From Nostoc punctiforme PCC 73102 (GTDB lineage: Bacteria > Cyanobacteriota > Cyanobacteriia > Cyanobacteriales > Nostocaceae), in contig NC_010628.1 of assembly GCF_000020025.1 (NCBI RefSeq), positions 690,001 through 722,000 on the forward strand: a stretch of 32,000 nt of DNA, read 5' to 3'. The notes under the pieces were generated by a model. It ran no database searches and had not been told where the DNA came from. It was given only the letters and a program-made list of their open reading frames with translations. The position numbers and the translations under genes are program-made. Below are positions 7,967-17,414 of the stretch, one piece after another (position 1 is the stretch's first letter; each line of letters starts with the position of its first letter).

Positions 7967-9373
7967 TTAATTCCCTAAAGGGGCTGACTTGGGCAAGCAA
8001 ATAGTAAAACAAGTTCTACCTGGCTGTGATTCAAATGAGAGCGTACCGTGATGACGATTTTCTACAATCCGGCGAACGGTTTCCAAACCAAGTCCAGAAC
8101 CACGCCCCACTGATTTAGTAGTGAAGAAAGGTTCAAAAATGCGGGTTTTGATTTCAGGTGGAATTCCACTACCAGAATCGATGATGTCAATATGGGCAAA
8201 ACGATCGCAATGGTATGTTGTAATTTCCAGCAGTCCCTTACCATCCATCGCATCTATGGCGTTGTCAATTAAGTTCGTCCAGACTTGATTCAGTTCGCTG
8301 CCATAAGCAAGAATTTTAGGAAGGTGTTGATCGTAATTGCGTTGTACTTGGATGCCGCATTTGAGTTTATGAACAAACAATCGCAATGTATCTTCTAAAC
8401 CTTGATGCACATTGACTTCTTGCTGAACGCCTTGATCGAGGTAAGAATATGACTTCATCGCTTGCACAAGTTCGGAAATTCTCTCGGCTCCTCGTAAACC
8501 ATGTTTAATCATTGACATGACTTCAAATGAGAGCGATAGCCAGTGCAATCCCATTTCTCGCAATTCAGTCTCGTCGTTGCGCCAACGTTCCATCATCTTA
8601 TCTAGGGTTTCAACCTCAACACCACCTTCTGCTAAAGGTTCGGCTAATTTCCATGCCTGCTTCACACCATAATCTTCTAACCATTCCAGCAAGACGTTTT
8701 CGCGATCGCTTAATGTCACTGGATCTAGGCGATTATTCAAAATTGCATCATAGCCCTGATCCCGGATTCTCAACCAGTCTTGAGTATGGGCTTCTTCAAC
8801 ATTGCGTTGCCCATAAACTAAGTTCATTCGTTGTAGTTCCAGGATGGCGGCCGGCATTTCCCCTAAAGTCCGAACGAGGGCTGAGGCTGGGTTGTTGAGT
8901 TCATGAGCTAGACCGGCAGAAAGTGTCCCTAAAGCGGCCATCTTTTCCCGTCCCCGAATAAAGGACTCTAGTCCCCGTAGACGACGTTCCATAATGCGGA
9001 AAACCATCCGCTCAAAATTACGACATTCATGGAGCAGTTTACGGAAATCTTCTCCTTTTAATTGATAGAGGTGGCAATTTGTCAATGCCCGCATTGTGAC
9101 AGGTGCAGGTTCATCTGTGAGTACTGGAATTTCACCAAAAAAGGATGGGGCTTCGTGTTGCCCGATGGGAATTTCAACTCCTTCACTGCGGCGGGTGATC
9201 TTGATTTTCCCTTTGACTAAGATAAATAAGCGACATGCAAGGTCTCCCTCATGGGACAACACTTCTCCAGCAGAAAGTTCAACTGTTTGAGCGCGATCGC
9301 AAACCCACTCCAATTGCTCTTGAGAAAGCTGTTGAAACGGGTCTAAGTCGATCAATTCTTCAATACACAACAT
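7967..9373 (-). CDS. cyclic-nucleotide-binding-domain histidine kinase
   Basis: 468 aa. The N-terminal cNMP-binding fold has FFGEIPVL...VTMRALT. H-box GLAHELNNP, N-box NLIDNAIDAM, G1 DSGSGIP, G2 GSGLGL. ATG is preceded by AGGAGG, 31 nt after the upstream gene stop. Confidence 0.9.
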   Translation of the reverse strand: MLCIEELIDLDPFQQLSQEQLEWVCDRAQTVELSAGEVLSHEGDLACRLFILVKGKIKITRRSEGVEIPIGQHEAPSFFGEIPVLTDEPAPVTMRALTNCHLYQLKGEDFRKLLHECRNFERMVFRIMERRLRGLESFIRGREKMAALGTLSAGLAHELNNPASALVRTLGEMPAAILELQRMNLVYGQRNVEEAHTQDWLRIRDQGYDAILNNRLDPVTLSDRENVLLEWLEDYGVKQAWKLAEPLAEGGVEVETLDKMMERWRNDETELREMGLHWLSLSFEVMSMIKHGLRGAERISELVQAMKSYSYLDQGVQQEVNVHQGLEDTLRLFVHKLKCGIQVQRNYDQHLPKILAYGSELNQVWTNLIDNAIDAMDGKGLLEITTYHCDRFAHIDIIDSGSGIPPEIKTRIFEPFFTTKSVGRGSGLGLETVRRIVENRHHGTLSFESQPGRTCFTICLPKSAPLGN

Positions 9374-9404
9374 GAATCAACCTCCTTAGTTTTTCCTGTT
9401 CCAG

Positions 9405-11069
9405 CTAAACATTGCTCAGGTAGCGGTGAACGAATTGAATAGCGATCGAACCTTCACCCACACCGGATGCCACCCGCTTAATTGACCCAGATCGCACATC
9501 TCCGGCTGCAAAGATGCCAGGAACGCTGGATTCTAGCAAGAAAGGTGAGCGTTCCAAAGGCCAACCTGGAGGAGATTTGCCATTTTGCGTTAAGTCGGGG
9601 CCTGTGACGATAAACCCCTGAGTATCGCGTCGAATCACACCATCGAGCCAATCAGTTTTGGGGATAGCACCAATGAAGATGAAAAGCGATCGCGCTGGCA
9701 CGATTTCAGTTTGTCCAGTCTTGCTATGGGCGATCGCAATTTCTTCTAAATGTTCATCTCCCTTCACTTCCACAACGCTGCAACCTGTGCAAACTTGGAT
9801 ATTTGCAGTCGCCGCAATTTGGTCAATCAAGTATTGGGACATACTCAATGAAAGCGACTCGCCCCGCACCAGCATAATCACTTTGCTGGCATACTTAGAA
9901 AAATGCATTGCTGCTTGTCCGGCAGAATTTGCCCCACCTATGAGGTAAACCTCTTCATTGCTACAGGCGATCGCCTCAGTCATGGCAGCACCGTAATAAA
10001 TTCCGGCTCCTGTCAACTTTTCGGCTCCTGGGACATTTAGCCAACGGTAGGAAACGCCGGTTGCAACTAAAAGTGCATGGCAACTAATCTCGCTACCATC
10101 CGCCAATTGCAGAACCCGATAAGGATCTTGCAGCTTAACTCCAGTTACTACTTGAGGAGTGAGAATTTCTACCCCAAATCGCCGCGCCTGGGTGACTCCG
10201 CGCCTAGCCAAATCGCTGCCGCTCAAGCCAACAGGAAACCCCAGATAGTTCTCAATGCGCGAACTCGTGCCTGCTTGTCCTCCTGGTGCTTCACGCTCAA
10301 TTAAAACCGTACTCAATCCTTCAGAAGCGCCATAGACTGCGGCGGCCAGTCCAGCAGGGCCAGCACCGACGATCGCCAAGTCATAAAATGGTCGCTCTGC
10401 CTGAGTTTGCAGTCCAATTTTAGCGGCAATCTCTAAATTAGATGGTTGGATTAATCTGGAACCATCAGGAAACAGCACCAAGGGCAATTGCTGTCTGCCA
10501 TCAGCTTGGGCGTATTCTAGTAATTTGGCTGCATCCGGCTCCAGTTCAATATCTAACCACTTGTAGGGAATCTGATTACGCGCCAGGAAGTCTTTTACCT
10601 GATGGGAAAAAGGCGACCAGCGATTACCAATGACTCGAATCCCTTCAAAGGGTGGGCGGAATCCCGCTAGCCAGTCATCTAGCAAATCATCCAAAACCGG
10701 ATATAATCGCTCTTCTGGTGGATTCCAGGGCTTGAGTAAGTAGTAATCAAGCCTGGCACTATTAATTGATTTAATCGCAGCATCCGTATCTGCATAGGCC
10801 GTCAGCAAAGCACGTTTCGCATCAGGAAAAATGACTTTTGCCTGTTCCAGGAACTCCACACCTCCCATTTGGGGCATTCTTTGATCCACCAAGAATAAAG
10901 CAACTGCTTCATTCCGTAATTTGAGTTGCTGCACCGCGTCCAGAGCGGTAATACCAGAATCTGCCCGAACAATGCGGAAGCGATCGCCATACTGATGCCG
11001 CAAGTCTCGTGACACCGCTTGCAACACTTCTGGATCGTCATCGACGGTTAAAATTGCAGGTTTCGCCAT
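9405..11069 (-). CDS. response regulator receiver fused to a glutaredoxin-like segment and a thioredoxin-reductase-fold FAD-dependent oxidoreductase domain (canonical CxxC motifs absent)
   Basis: 554 aa. REC residues are intact: D10-D12, D62, T90, K113. Residues ~145-220 look glutaredoxin-fold-like, with S-P-F-S where CPYC would sit. The TrxR-fold domain has GAGPAG and GGANSAG dinucleotide motifs and C-terminal GIFAAGDV. A-A-M-T sits at the position aligned to TrxB C-A-T-C. Confidence 0.9.
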   Translation of the reverse strand: MAKPAILTVDDDPEVLQAVSRDLRHQYGDRFRIVRADSGITALDAVQQLKLRNEAVALFLVDQRMPQMGGVEFLEQAKVIFPDAKRALLTAYADTDAAIKSINSARLDYYLLKPWNPPEERLYPVLDDLLDDWLAGFRPPFEGIRVIGNRWSPFSHQVKDFLARNQIPYKWLDIELEPDAAKLLEYAQADGRQQLPLVLFPDGSRLIQPSNLEIAAKIGLQTQAERPFYDLAIVGAGPAGLAAAVYGASEGLSTVLIEREAPGGQAGTSSRIENYLGFPVGLSGSDLARRGVTQARRFGVEILTPQVVTGVKLQDPYRVLQLADGSEISCHALLVATGVSYRWLNVPGAEKLTGAGIYYGAAMTEAIACSNEEVYLIGGANSAGQAAMHFSKYASKVIMLVRGESLSLSMSQYLIDQIAATANIQVCTGCSVVEVKGDEHLEEIAIAHSKTGQTEIVPARSLFIFIGAIPKTDWLDGVIRRDTQGFIVTGPDLTQNGKSPPGWPLERSPFLLESSVPGIFAAGDVRSGSIKRVASGVGEGSIAIQFVHRYLSNV

Positions 11070-11133
11070 AACTACTGTTACTTAACGATTACAGTACTTA
11101 GCTGTTATCTTCAAAAATTTGTCGTTAAAACAT

Positions 11134-11352
11134 CTACTGTCTAACCAGTTGATTTAAACGAAAGTATGCCTCTTCTGGTGTCAGCGCTTCTGATTGACTT
11201 TCATTAGGTATATAAAATACCCAAGTATCTGGAAAGTAATGCACCACAAAACTGGGAATCAGACCCAAACTTACTGCTTGCTTTCCAAGCTTCTCAGCTT
11301 GTTCCTCTAAACCCAGTTGGTCATGAAATGGGTGTTCAGCCATACTTTTCAT
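11134..11352 (-). CDS. small hypothetical protein (72 aa), first gene of the signalling module
   Basis: Track ORF, same strand, 64 nt upstream of the receiver gene. MKSMAEHPFHDQLGLEEQAEKLGKQAVSLGLIPSFVVHYFPDTWVFYIPNESQSEALTPEEAYFRLNQLVRQ. No family recognised. Confidence 0.5.
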   Translation of the reverse strand: MKSMAEHPFHDQLGLEEQAEKLGKQAVSLGLIPSFVVHYFPDTWVFYIPNESQSEALTPEEAYFRLNQLVRQ

Positions 11353-11731
11353 CTCCCTGCACTTTATTTGACCCTGGAAGAACGTTCAATACCCGGATTG
11401 CACGAATCACTTTTAAGCAATTTCCGATGTTCCAGAATGAGCTTGAAAATATTTAGGTTTACTACCACAATATTTTCAAATATGCTTTTGTAGAGAATCA
11501 TAAAGCTATTTTGGTCATTCAGGGTAACGCGCGGTTTCACAGCCCATACAGCATGGGGAATATTTAGTTACTGGATAGCTTGCTGAATTTCTTGGGCAAC
11601 GTGAAAGCAGTATTGGGTAAGATGCCTTTTTAAGGGGGATTTAGAGGGATCTAAAACTTTTGATACCGACAAAAGGACTTTTCAAACATCCTCTAACTGA
11701 ATTAGCCAGGTTCGGACTGATTCGACTGACG

Positions 11732-11767
11732 AAAAAGAGTAGGGTAGCACAGCCAGCCGTGCTACCC
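11732..11767 (-). terminator. rho-independent terminator candidate downstream of flv2
   Basis: 9-bp perfect stem gggtagcac / gtgctaccc (11742-11750 / 11759-11767) with an 8-nt loop. On the minus strand it is followed after 5 nt by TTTTT (plus-strand AAAAA 11732-11736). It lies about 60 nt after the flv2 stop. Confidence 0.5.
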
Positions 11768-11825
11768 CACCAATGCATAAATTCTTTTGGATAATTTATT
11801 TTTTGGAAGTCCTTACTGGTAACTC

Positions 11826-13562
11826 TTAATAATAGCTGCCAGATTTCCGATGCTCCAAAGCAGTGATACCATCATTTTCCAACACTTCACCGCGATCGAT
11901 GACGGCATAAATTAACCATCTATCGCCACATTCAAGCTGATTTTGCACCGTACATTCCAAATAGGCTAATGCCTCATTCAGAATCAAGCAACCATTCAGA
12001 GCAGTTTTTGTGGCTAGATTTGCAAAGGGATTATCGCCTAAAGTGCTATGACGAGAAAAATAGCGGCGCACATTTCTTCCTTCTTTAAGGATATTTAGCA
12101 CAAATTTATCCCCAGGATGATGCATTAAATCTGCATTCTGCTCGTTAGCGATCGCAATCATAATTCCTGGCGGGTTAAAAGTTGCCTGCGATACCCAAGA
12201 AGTTAAAACCCCTTTGTGAGTTTCTTCATCACGAGTTGTCACAACACACAGAGAACCAATGATTCGCCCCACCGCTTGTTCGGTACGATCTACATGGGTT
12301 TCTGTCACAATCTGGCGGGAACTACGAAGTTTTTTGGTTTTCTTCAAGTTTTGGGCAAAAAAAGCACCTGCTTCTTGACACTGCTGAAGAATTTCAGAAG
12401 TAGGGCTAAAACGCACCCGAATTGTTTCAAACCCTAGTTGATAATTTGCATCTTTGAGCTTACTTTCAATTAAATCTATTGCTTCTCCACTCCAACCGTA
12501 GGAACCAAACACCCCTGCTAACTTAGTTTTAGCCGCCACCGAGAGGACTATTCCTAAAGCAGTTTGAATTTGAGTTGGTGCATGGCCGCCTAAAGTGGGT
12601 GAGCCGATAATTAAGCCATCGCAAGTTTCTACAATACGGTTAATCTCCGCAGAATCGGCTAGTTCACAGTTGATTGATTCTACATTAACTCCATTTTGAA
12701 TCAAACCTTGAGCGATCGCATTCGCCATAATTGCTGTATTTCCATAAGCAGAAGCATAAAGCAAAGCGACACTCAATTCTTGAGATTTTTGCCCTTGGCA
12801 CCATTGACGGTAATCATAAGTAAAACGACTCAGGCTGTAACGGACAACTGGGCCGTGGGCTGGGGCATAACATCTGGCTCCCAAAAGTGACAATTTATCT
12901 AAGACTACTTCGACTTGTTTGGCTTGGGGTGCATGAAGACATTCAAAATAATAACGACGTTCCGCGTCTAATCCCTTCCAATCTTCATCAAACAAAGTGT
13001 CTTCGCAAATATGAGCGCCGAAAAGTTTGTCTGTGTAGAGAATTTTTGTTGCATAATCATAAGTACAAAGCCCATCAGCCCACCGGGGAGTTGGTACGGT
13101 GACAAATGATAGATGATGTCCTTGTCCTAAATCTAAAGTATCCCCCGATCGCACCGCTTGAATAGGTGATTCCAATTCGGGAAAGGCAGTTTTTAGAGCA
13201 TTGGCGGCGGGGCGAGAACAAATTAGAGTAGCTTGAGGAACCAGAGAGAGTAATACTTGCAGAGTTGCTCTACGGTTCGGGTTGACATGACTGAGAACAA
13301 TGTAATCGAGGGAGATAAAATCTAGATATTGTGCTAGTTGCTCAAGGTAAATTTCGGTAAAAGATTCGCCGGGAGGGTCAATTAAAGCCTTTTTCTCACC
13401 TTGAATCAGATAAGAATTTGCTGTAGTTCCCCGTTGACGGGAATACTCCACCTCAAATTTTAGTCTGTCCCAAGTCCGCGATCGCAGAATCAGAGTATTT
13501 TTACCAATTTCAGCAACTTGTACATCTCTGCTATGATTGGGCGTTAATGTTGCAACAGACAT
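11826..13562 (-). CDS. flv2: flavodiiron protein, Flv2-type (metallo-beta-lactamase-like + flavodoxin-like + flavin-reductase-like domains)
   Basis: The track ORF start at 13595 lies inside a heptamer repeat; ATG 13562 (MSVATLTPNH...) is preferred. All three Flv domains are recognisable: LLYASAYGNTA for flavodoxin-like, and VVTTRDEETHKGVLTSWVSQATFNPP for flavin-reductase-like. The diiron motif position reads SHVNPNRR, which is non-canonical as in Flv1/Flv2. It is third in the flv4 / sll0218-like / flv2 gene order. Confidence 0.85.
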   Translation of the reverse strand: MSVATLTPNHSRDVQVAEIGKNTLILRSRTWDRLKFEVEYSRQRGTTANSYLIQGEKKALIDPPGESFTEIYLEQLAQYLDFISLDYIVLSHVNPNRRATLQVLLSLVPQATLICSRPAANALKTAFPELESPIQAVRSGDTLDLGQGHHLSFVTVPTPRWADGLCTYDYATKILYTDKLFGAHICEDTLFDEDWKGLDAERRYYFECLHAPQAKQVEVVLDKLSLLGARCYAPAHGPVVRYSLSRFTYDYRQWCQGQKSQELSVALLYASAYGNTAIMANAIAQGLIQNGVNVESINCELADSAEINRIVETCDGLIIGSPTLGGHAPTQIQTALGIVLSVAAKTKLAGVFGSYGWSGEAIDLIESKLKDANYQLGFETIRVRFSPTSEILQQCQEAGAFFAQNLKKTKKLRSSRQIVTETHVDRTEQAVGRIIGSLCVVTTRDEETHKGVLTSWVSQATFNPPGIMIAIANEQNADLMHHPGDKFVLNILKEGRNVRRYFSRHSTLGDNPFANLATKTALNGCLILNEALAYLECTVQNQLECGDRWLIYAVIDRGEVLENDGITALEHRKSGSYY

Positions 13563-13581
13563 AATAACCTCTGTTAATAAT

Positions 13582-13706
13582 GGGGAATTGGGCATTGGGA
13601 ATTGGGCATGACAGAAGATTTAGACGCGATGAATCGCGTCTCTACCTACTCCCGTTCGACTACGCTACCTCGGCTTTGCTCGGCACAAGTCACGGCAAGC
13701 CTACTC
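13582..13706. repeat. repeat cluster in the flv operon spacer: GGGAATT/GGGCATT heptamers, palindromic hairpin, 60-nt dispersed core
   Basis: Heptamers lie at 13582-13610. The hairpin agacgcgat-ga-atcgcgtct(ctac) is at 13622-13645. The core ctcccgttcgactacgctacctcggctttgctcggcacaagtcacggcaagcctactccc is at 13648-13706, with a second copy at 3802-3862. Confidence 0.8.
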
Positions 13707-13713
13707 CCTATTT

Positions 13714-14226
13714 TTAATGGCCATTGTTTTGTATTAATTCAGACTTGGCTCGGCTTCTATAGCGTTTAGATACTTCTTGTTCCGGGTCGATACCTTCAAA
13801 GGTAGGGGGTAGCCAAACTCGGAGAAATAGTAGTACTCCCAGGACTAATAAAAAGGCACAAGTTGCTAAAACTTGACTCCAACTTGTTTCTAAGACACCT
13901 TTAACAATGACTTCTCGCAAAGCAGAAACGATGGAAACTTCAACAGCTACCCCAATAGATACTCGATGTTCTTGCAAGTAAATAATCAACAATCGGAATA
14001 GCTCAACTAATATGAGCAAAAAGAGAATATCAGCAGTAACAGCATGAAAATCTAAAGGTGGAAGTAAGGAGAGAAACATATCTCTCACCTGAAGCACCAT
14101 GAAGCTAAATAAACCGATACACAAAGAAATTACAATTACATCTTGGATAAATTCCAAGCTTCGGACAACACGCCCACGATTGATTTCGTACATGGTAATC
14201 GGGGTATTTTCAACAGATTTATACAT
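13714..14226 (-). CDS. small four-helix membrane protein, Sll0218-like (PsiE-like), middle gene of the flv4-flv2 operon
   Basis: Track ORF 13714-14292, trimmed to ATG 14226 (MYKSVENTPI...) because the upstream codons (LPLPPTPHRRDESRLY) translate a dispersed repeat. Four hydrophobic helices are visible. Its position between the two flv genes matches Synechocystis sll0217-sll0218-sll0219. Confidence 0.75.
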   Translation of the reverse strand: MYKSVENTPITMYEINRGRVVRSLEFIQDVIVISLCIGLFSFMVLQVRDMFLSLLPPLDFHAVTADILFLLILVELFRLLIIYLQEHRVSIGVAVEVSIVSALREVIVKGVLETSWSQVLATCAFLLVLGVLLFLRVWLPPTFEGIDPEQEVSKRYRSRAKSELIQNNGH

Positions 14227-14241
14227 AATTTTTTGGGAGTT

Positions 14242-14300
14242 GTAGAGACGCGATTCATCGCGTCTGTGTGGGGTAGGGGGCAGGGGAAGCAAGGGGAGAA
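14242..14300. repeat. palindromic hairpin repeat plus G-rich heptamer-like run
   Basis: gtagagacgcgat-tc-atcgcgtct (14242-14265) is the exact reverse complement of the copy at 13622-13645. It is followed by gtgtggggtagggggcaggggaagcaaggggag. Confidence 0.8.
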
Positions 14301-15962
14301 TAAGAAATAACTAATGACAAATGACCAGTGACTATTTAATAATGATTGCCAATTTTGCGGTGATGGGCGGCGGTAAGTGCATCTAACTTGGCAACTCTTC
14401 CAGTTTGGACTGTGCTATAAATTACCCAATGATCTCCACAGTCCATGCGGCTAGTGATTTCGCATTCCATATAAGCCAAAGCTTCAGCTAAAACGGGCGA
14501 TTCATTTTTTGCTGGATATGTCTTCACTCCGGCAAATCGGTCTACACCAGGAGCAAAACGCTTGAGGAAATGTTTCATTAATCCTTGATATTTGCCTTCT
14601 TCTAAAACGTTTAGAACGAAGCGATCGCCAACGTGCATCAAAGATTCAATTGCCCGATCTTTGGATACTGCGATCGCAACTCCTAAAGGCTCAAGACTCG
14701 CTTGTGTCACCCAAGAAGCCAACATTGCACTCTGAATTTCTCCTTTTTTGGCAGTGATAATGTATAAGCCTGTGCTAAGACGACCTAAAGCCTTCTCTAG
14801 CTCCGTATTGATAGATTTGATTTGTTTAATGGTGCGATCGCGGTTCAACCATTGACCCAAATCTGTCCCCGCTTCATCACAAAGCTGTTCCGTTGCTTGG
14901 GTAGGAATTTCCTTAACTAAAATAGGTGGAAAGGCTTCAGTTAATCCCAGTTCTTGAAACTTATTGCGTAAAGGATAAATAGGTTCATCTTCTCCACCTC
15001 CCGACTCTAATAAACCAATTGACTGCTTTTTGTGAACAGCAGCTAAAATAGTGCTTAAAGAAGCTTGAGCTATCACCGAAGATTGGGGTGGCATTGCAAT
15101 TACTAAACCAGAAGATTGTGCAACTAATTCTCTAACTTCTTGAGGTTCAGAACTATTGAGAGGAAATAATTCCACTGCTGCGCCTGTTTTCGCACATCCA
15201 TGAGCTATGGTACGGACTAACTGCTCGCTATGCCCGTAATCTTCAACATAAAATAGAGCCACTAAAGTCTCTGTTTTTGCTTGTTCTAAACTCCAGTTTT
15301 GATACCGTCCGAGCCAGTCTGGAATATAGTGTTGTAATAAAGGTCCATGTCCCGTAGCAACTGTTCCTATTTCTAACTTTTCAATCCGCTTTAAAGCTGC
15401 CAAAACAGAGCGGGCATTGGGGCCCATAAGACAATCATAATAATATTGAAAATCTTCCTCAAGTAAGGTGATATTTTCATCATAAGTGTGGTCATCACAG
15501 TAGTGCATTCCAAACACATCACAGGTGTAGAGAGTGCTAGTTTTGTGGTCATAAGTAAAGATTGTGTCAGGCCAGTGTAAGTTGGGTGCAGAGATAAATT
15601 CTAATTCGTGTCCGTTGCCTAAATTTAATCGCTCTCCACTTTTCACCTGCCTTGAATTAAAGGGCTGGTGAACCATATTTTCTAAAAATTGAATAGCTAC
15701 CTTAGCACCAACAACAGTAATGGATGGAGCTAGTTGCAAAATATTTTTTACTAGGCCACTGTGGTCTGGTTCCGTATGGCTAATAATCAAGTAATCTATT
15801 TTAGTCGGATCAATTAATCCCACAAGTATTTCAAGATATAATTGCTCAAACTTGCGGTGAGATGTATCAACTAAGGCAACTTTTTCTCCCTGAATTAAAA
15901 AAGAATTATAAGTCGTACCATTCCGTAGACCAAACTCGACATCAAAACGTTCTCTATCCCAG

Positions 15963-17414
15963 CAATACCGTTGCCAATTTACGAGGGTTCAACACCTGTG
16001 GAAAGGGGATGAATACGTCCCAAAGAAGTGAGCTTGGCAAAAATTTGGGCTAGTAAAATAGGCTCAGGCTTTTGAGGAAGTATTTTTAACATTTCATGAA
16101 CATATCGAAAACCACGGTAATAAGCTTTCAGGTCAATAATGCCAGAACCAGGATTATGTTTACGGAAATCAGCTAGAAGATGATGGGATAAATTGACCAT
16201 AAAGAATGCAATATTAGCAGCATTAGTCACAGCAGTTTGGCTCAGATTCATAAAATCTTCCAAGCCCCAGAATTGCTTGGCATCCCGAAAATTAAACTCG
16301 ATTTGGAAACGAAGCTTGTAATAGTCAATAATTCTGTCAGCCGTCAAATCTAAGTCGCTGGAAAATAAAATTACATGGCTACGTATATTGGCTTTAAGAT
16401 TAGTTTTGACTAAAATAACTACATTGAGAGACTGAGCAAATTCTTTGTGAAGAAGAGTAGCTTGATAAATATCAGTTTGAATTCCATCTTCAATATCACT
16501 TTTACACAAATATTTCTCAGGTAGATTACGGTAGTCTAGTTTTTCCCCGTATTTACGACGAGAACGTTTATTCGAGTCAGGATTTTCATAAGGGATGTAT
16601 AATGATGAATCATGGCGCAGCTTGGAAATTATGTGCAAGTTAACTTGTCGTACCATCTGCAAGGCATTGTTGTTACCAAAATGACCATCTACTACCAAGT
16701 ATGTCAAGGGGATAAAGTTAGCTACTAGCTCAAATAGTGAGTTAATCCTCTTTTTAATTAACAAGAGTTCAGATGTTAATATCACTTCGGTTTTGTTTTT
16801 ATTCTTACTGCCTTTCGGTCGTCCCCGTCCACGTTTCTCTTTAGCTTTTACTTTTTTGATTGGCAAGGTGTTATTTATTTGGGCATCACTTTTAATTACC
16901 TGTTCTATTCCAATCGGAAATGATTGCCTTCCTTCTACGCTTACTAATGACAATACGAAGAAAGATAAACCATTAATTGGTTTACTAGCCAGGCTAGAAA
17001 AAAATCTATCTACTCCGTAAGTTTGCTTCCCCGATTTACTAACTACAACTTCATCTCCTGCAAGCAAATACACATCATTTTTTCGCCACAAATGTTGACG
17101 AAAAAACAGCCAAAACAATGTTGCCCAAGGTATTACTGTAGAAAAAAATCTCCCCATTGTCCGATAGCTACCGCCATCACCTGCCCAACGGGCAATTCCC
17201 AACATCGTGACTCGACCACTTAGAGCTAACATTGCCAGGATAATTTGGTTCAATTGCCGCATCGTTGTCGCGTTTATCTGCGGTAGCAGGCATTGCAGGA
17301 GTGATAAGATATCGGGCATGGGTTGATTGTGGCTTTTGAGTTGTCGTTTGGGAAGACAATAACTCTACTACATCAGCCCTCTCTCTTCACCCTCTGATTT
17401 TGGCTAAGGTATTG
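15963..17414 (-). mobile_element. IS4-superfamily insertion sequence (1452 bp) inserted in flv4
   Basis: About 25-bp imperfect terminal inverted repeats: CAATACCGTTGCCAATTTACGAGGG versus CAATACCTTAGCCAAAATCAGAGGG, about 19 of 25 matching by eye. A perfect 6-bp direct repeat TCCCAG flanks the element at 15957-15962 and 17415-17420. It carries a single transposase ORF. Confidence 0.9.
15979..17319 (-). CDS. DDE transposase, IS4 superfamily (IS4/IS701/IS1634-like)
   Basis: 446 aa, apparently intact. Candidate DDE regions are LLAGDEVVVSK, LVVDGHFGNN and the Y-x2-R-x3-E-x6-K signature (YKLRFQIEFNFRDAK). The stop codon lies inside the terminal inverted repeat. Confidence 0.85.
   Translation of the reverse strand: MPDILSLLQCLLPQINATTMRQLNQIILAMLALSGRVTMLGIARWAGDGGSYRTMGRFFSTVIPWATLFWLFFRQHLWRKNDVYLLAGDEVVVSKSGKQTYGVDRFFSSLASKPINGLSFFVLSLVSVEGRQSFPIGIEQVIKSDAQINNTLPIKKVKAKEKRGRGRPKGSKNKNKTEVILTSELLLIKKRINSLFELVANFIPLTYLVVDGHFGNNNALQMVRQVNLHIISKLRHDSSLYIPYENPDSNKRSRRKYGEKLDYRNLPEKYLCKSDIEDGIQTDIYQATLLHKEFAQSLNVVILVKTNLKANIRSHVILFSSDLDLTADRIIDYYKLRFQIEFNFRDAKQFWGLEDFMNLSQTAVTNAANIAFFMVNLSHHLLADFRKHNPGSGIIDLKAYYRGFRYVHEMLKILPQKPEPILLAQIFAKLTSLGRIHPLSTGVEPS

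Noticed and set aside
8527-10633. Plus-strand ORFs inside the kinase and regulator genes (8527-8898, 9096-9290, 9658-9948, 10077-10304, 10442-10633)
   Set aside because: They are antisense shadows of well-supported long CDSs and have no recognisable domains.
13563-13595. Upstream start for flv2 (MPNSPLLTEVI...)
   Set aside because: These codons lie in the GGGAATT/GGGCATT heptamer array. ATG 13562 gives a normal Flv N-terminus.
14227-14292. Upstream start for the sll0218-like gene (MLPLPPTPHRRDESRLYNSQKI...)
   Set aside because: This is the translation of the palindromic dispersed repeat and G-rich heptamers. ATG 14226 is the first start codon outside repeat DNA.
15862-16053. 63-aa plus-strand ORF spanning the IS/flv4 junction
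   Set aside because: It crosses the IS terminal repeat and is antisense to both flv4 and the transposase, so it is an artefact of the junction.
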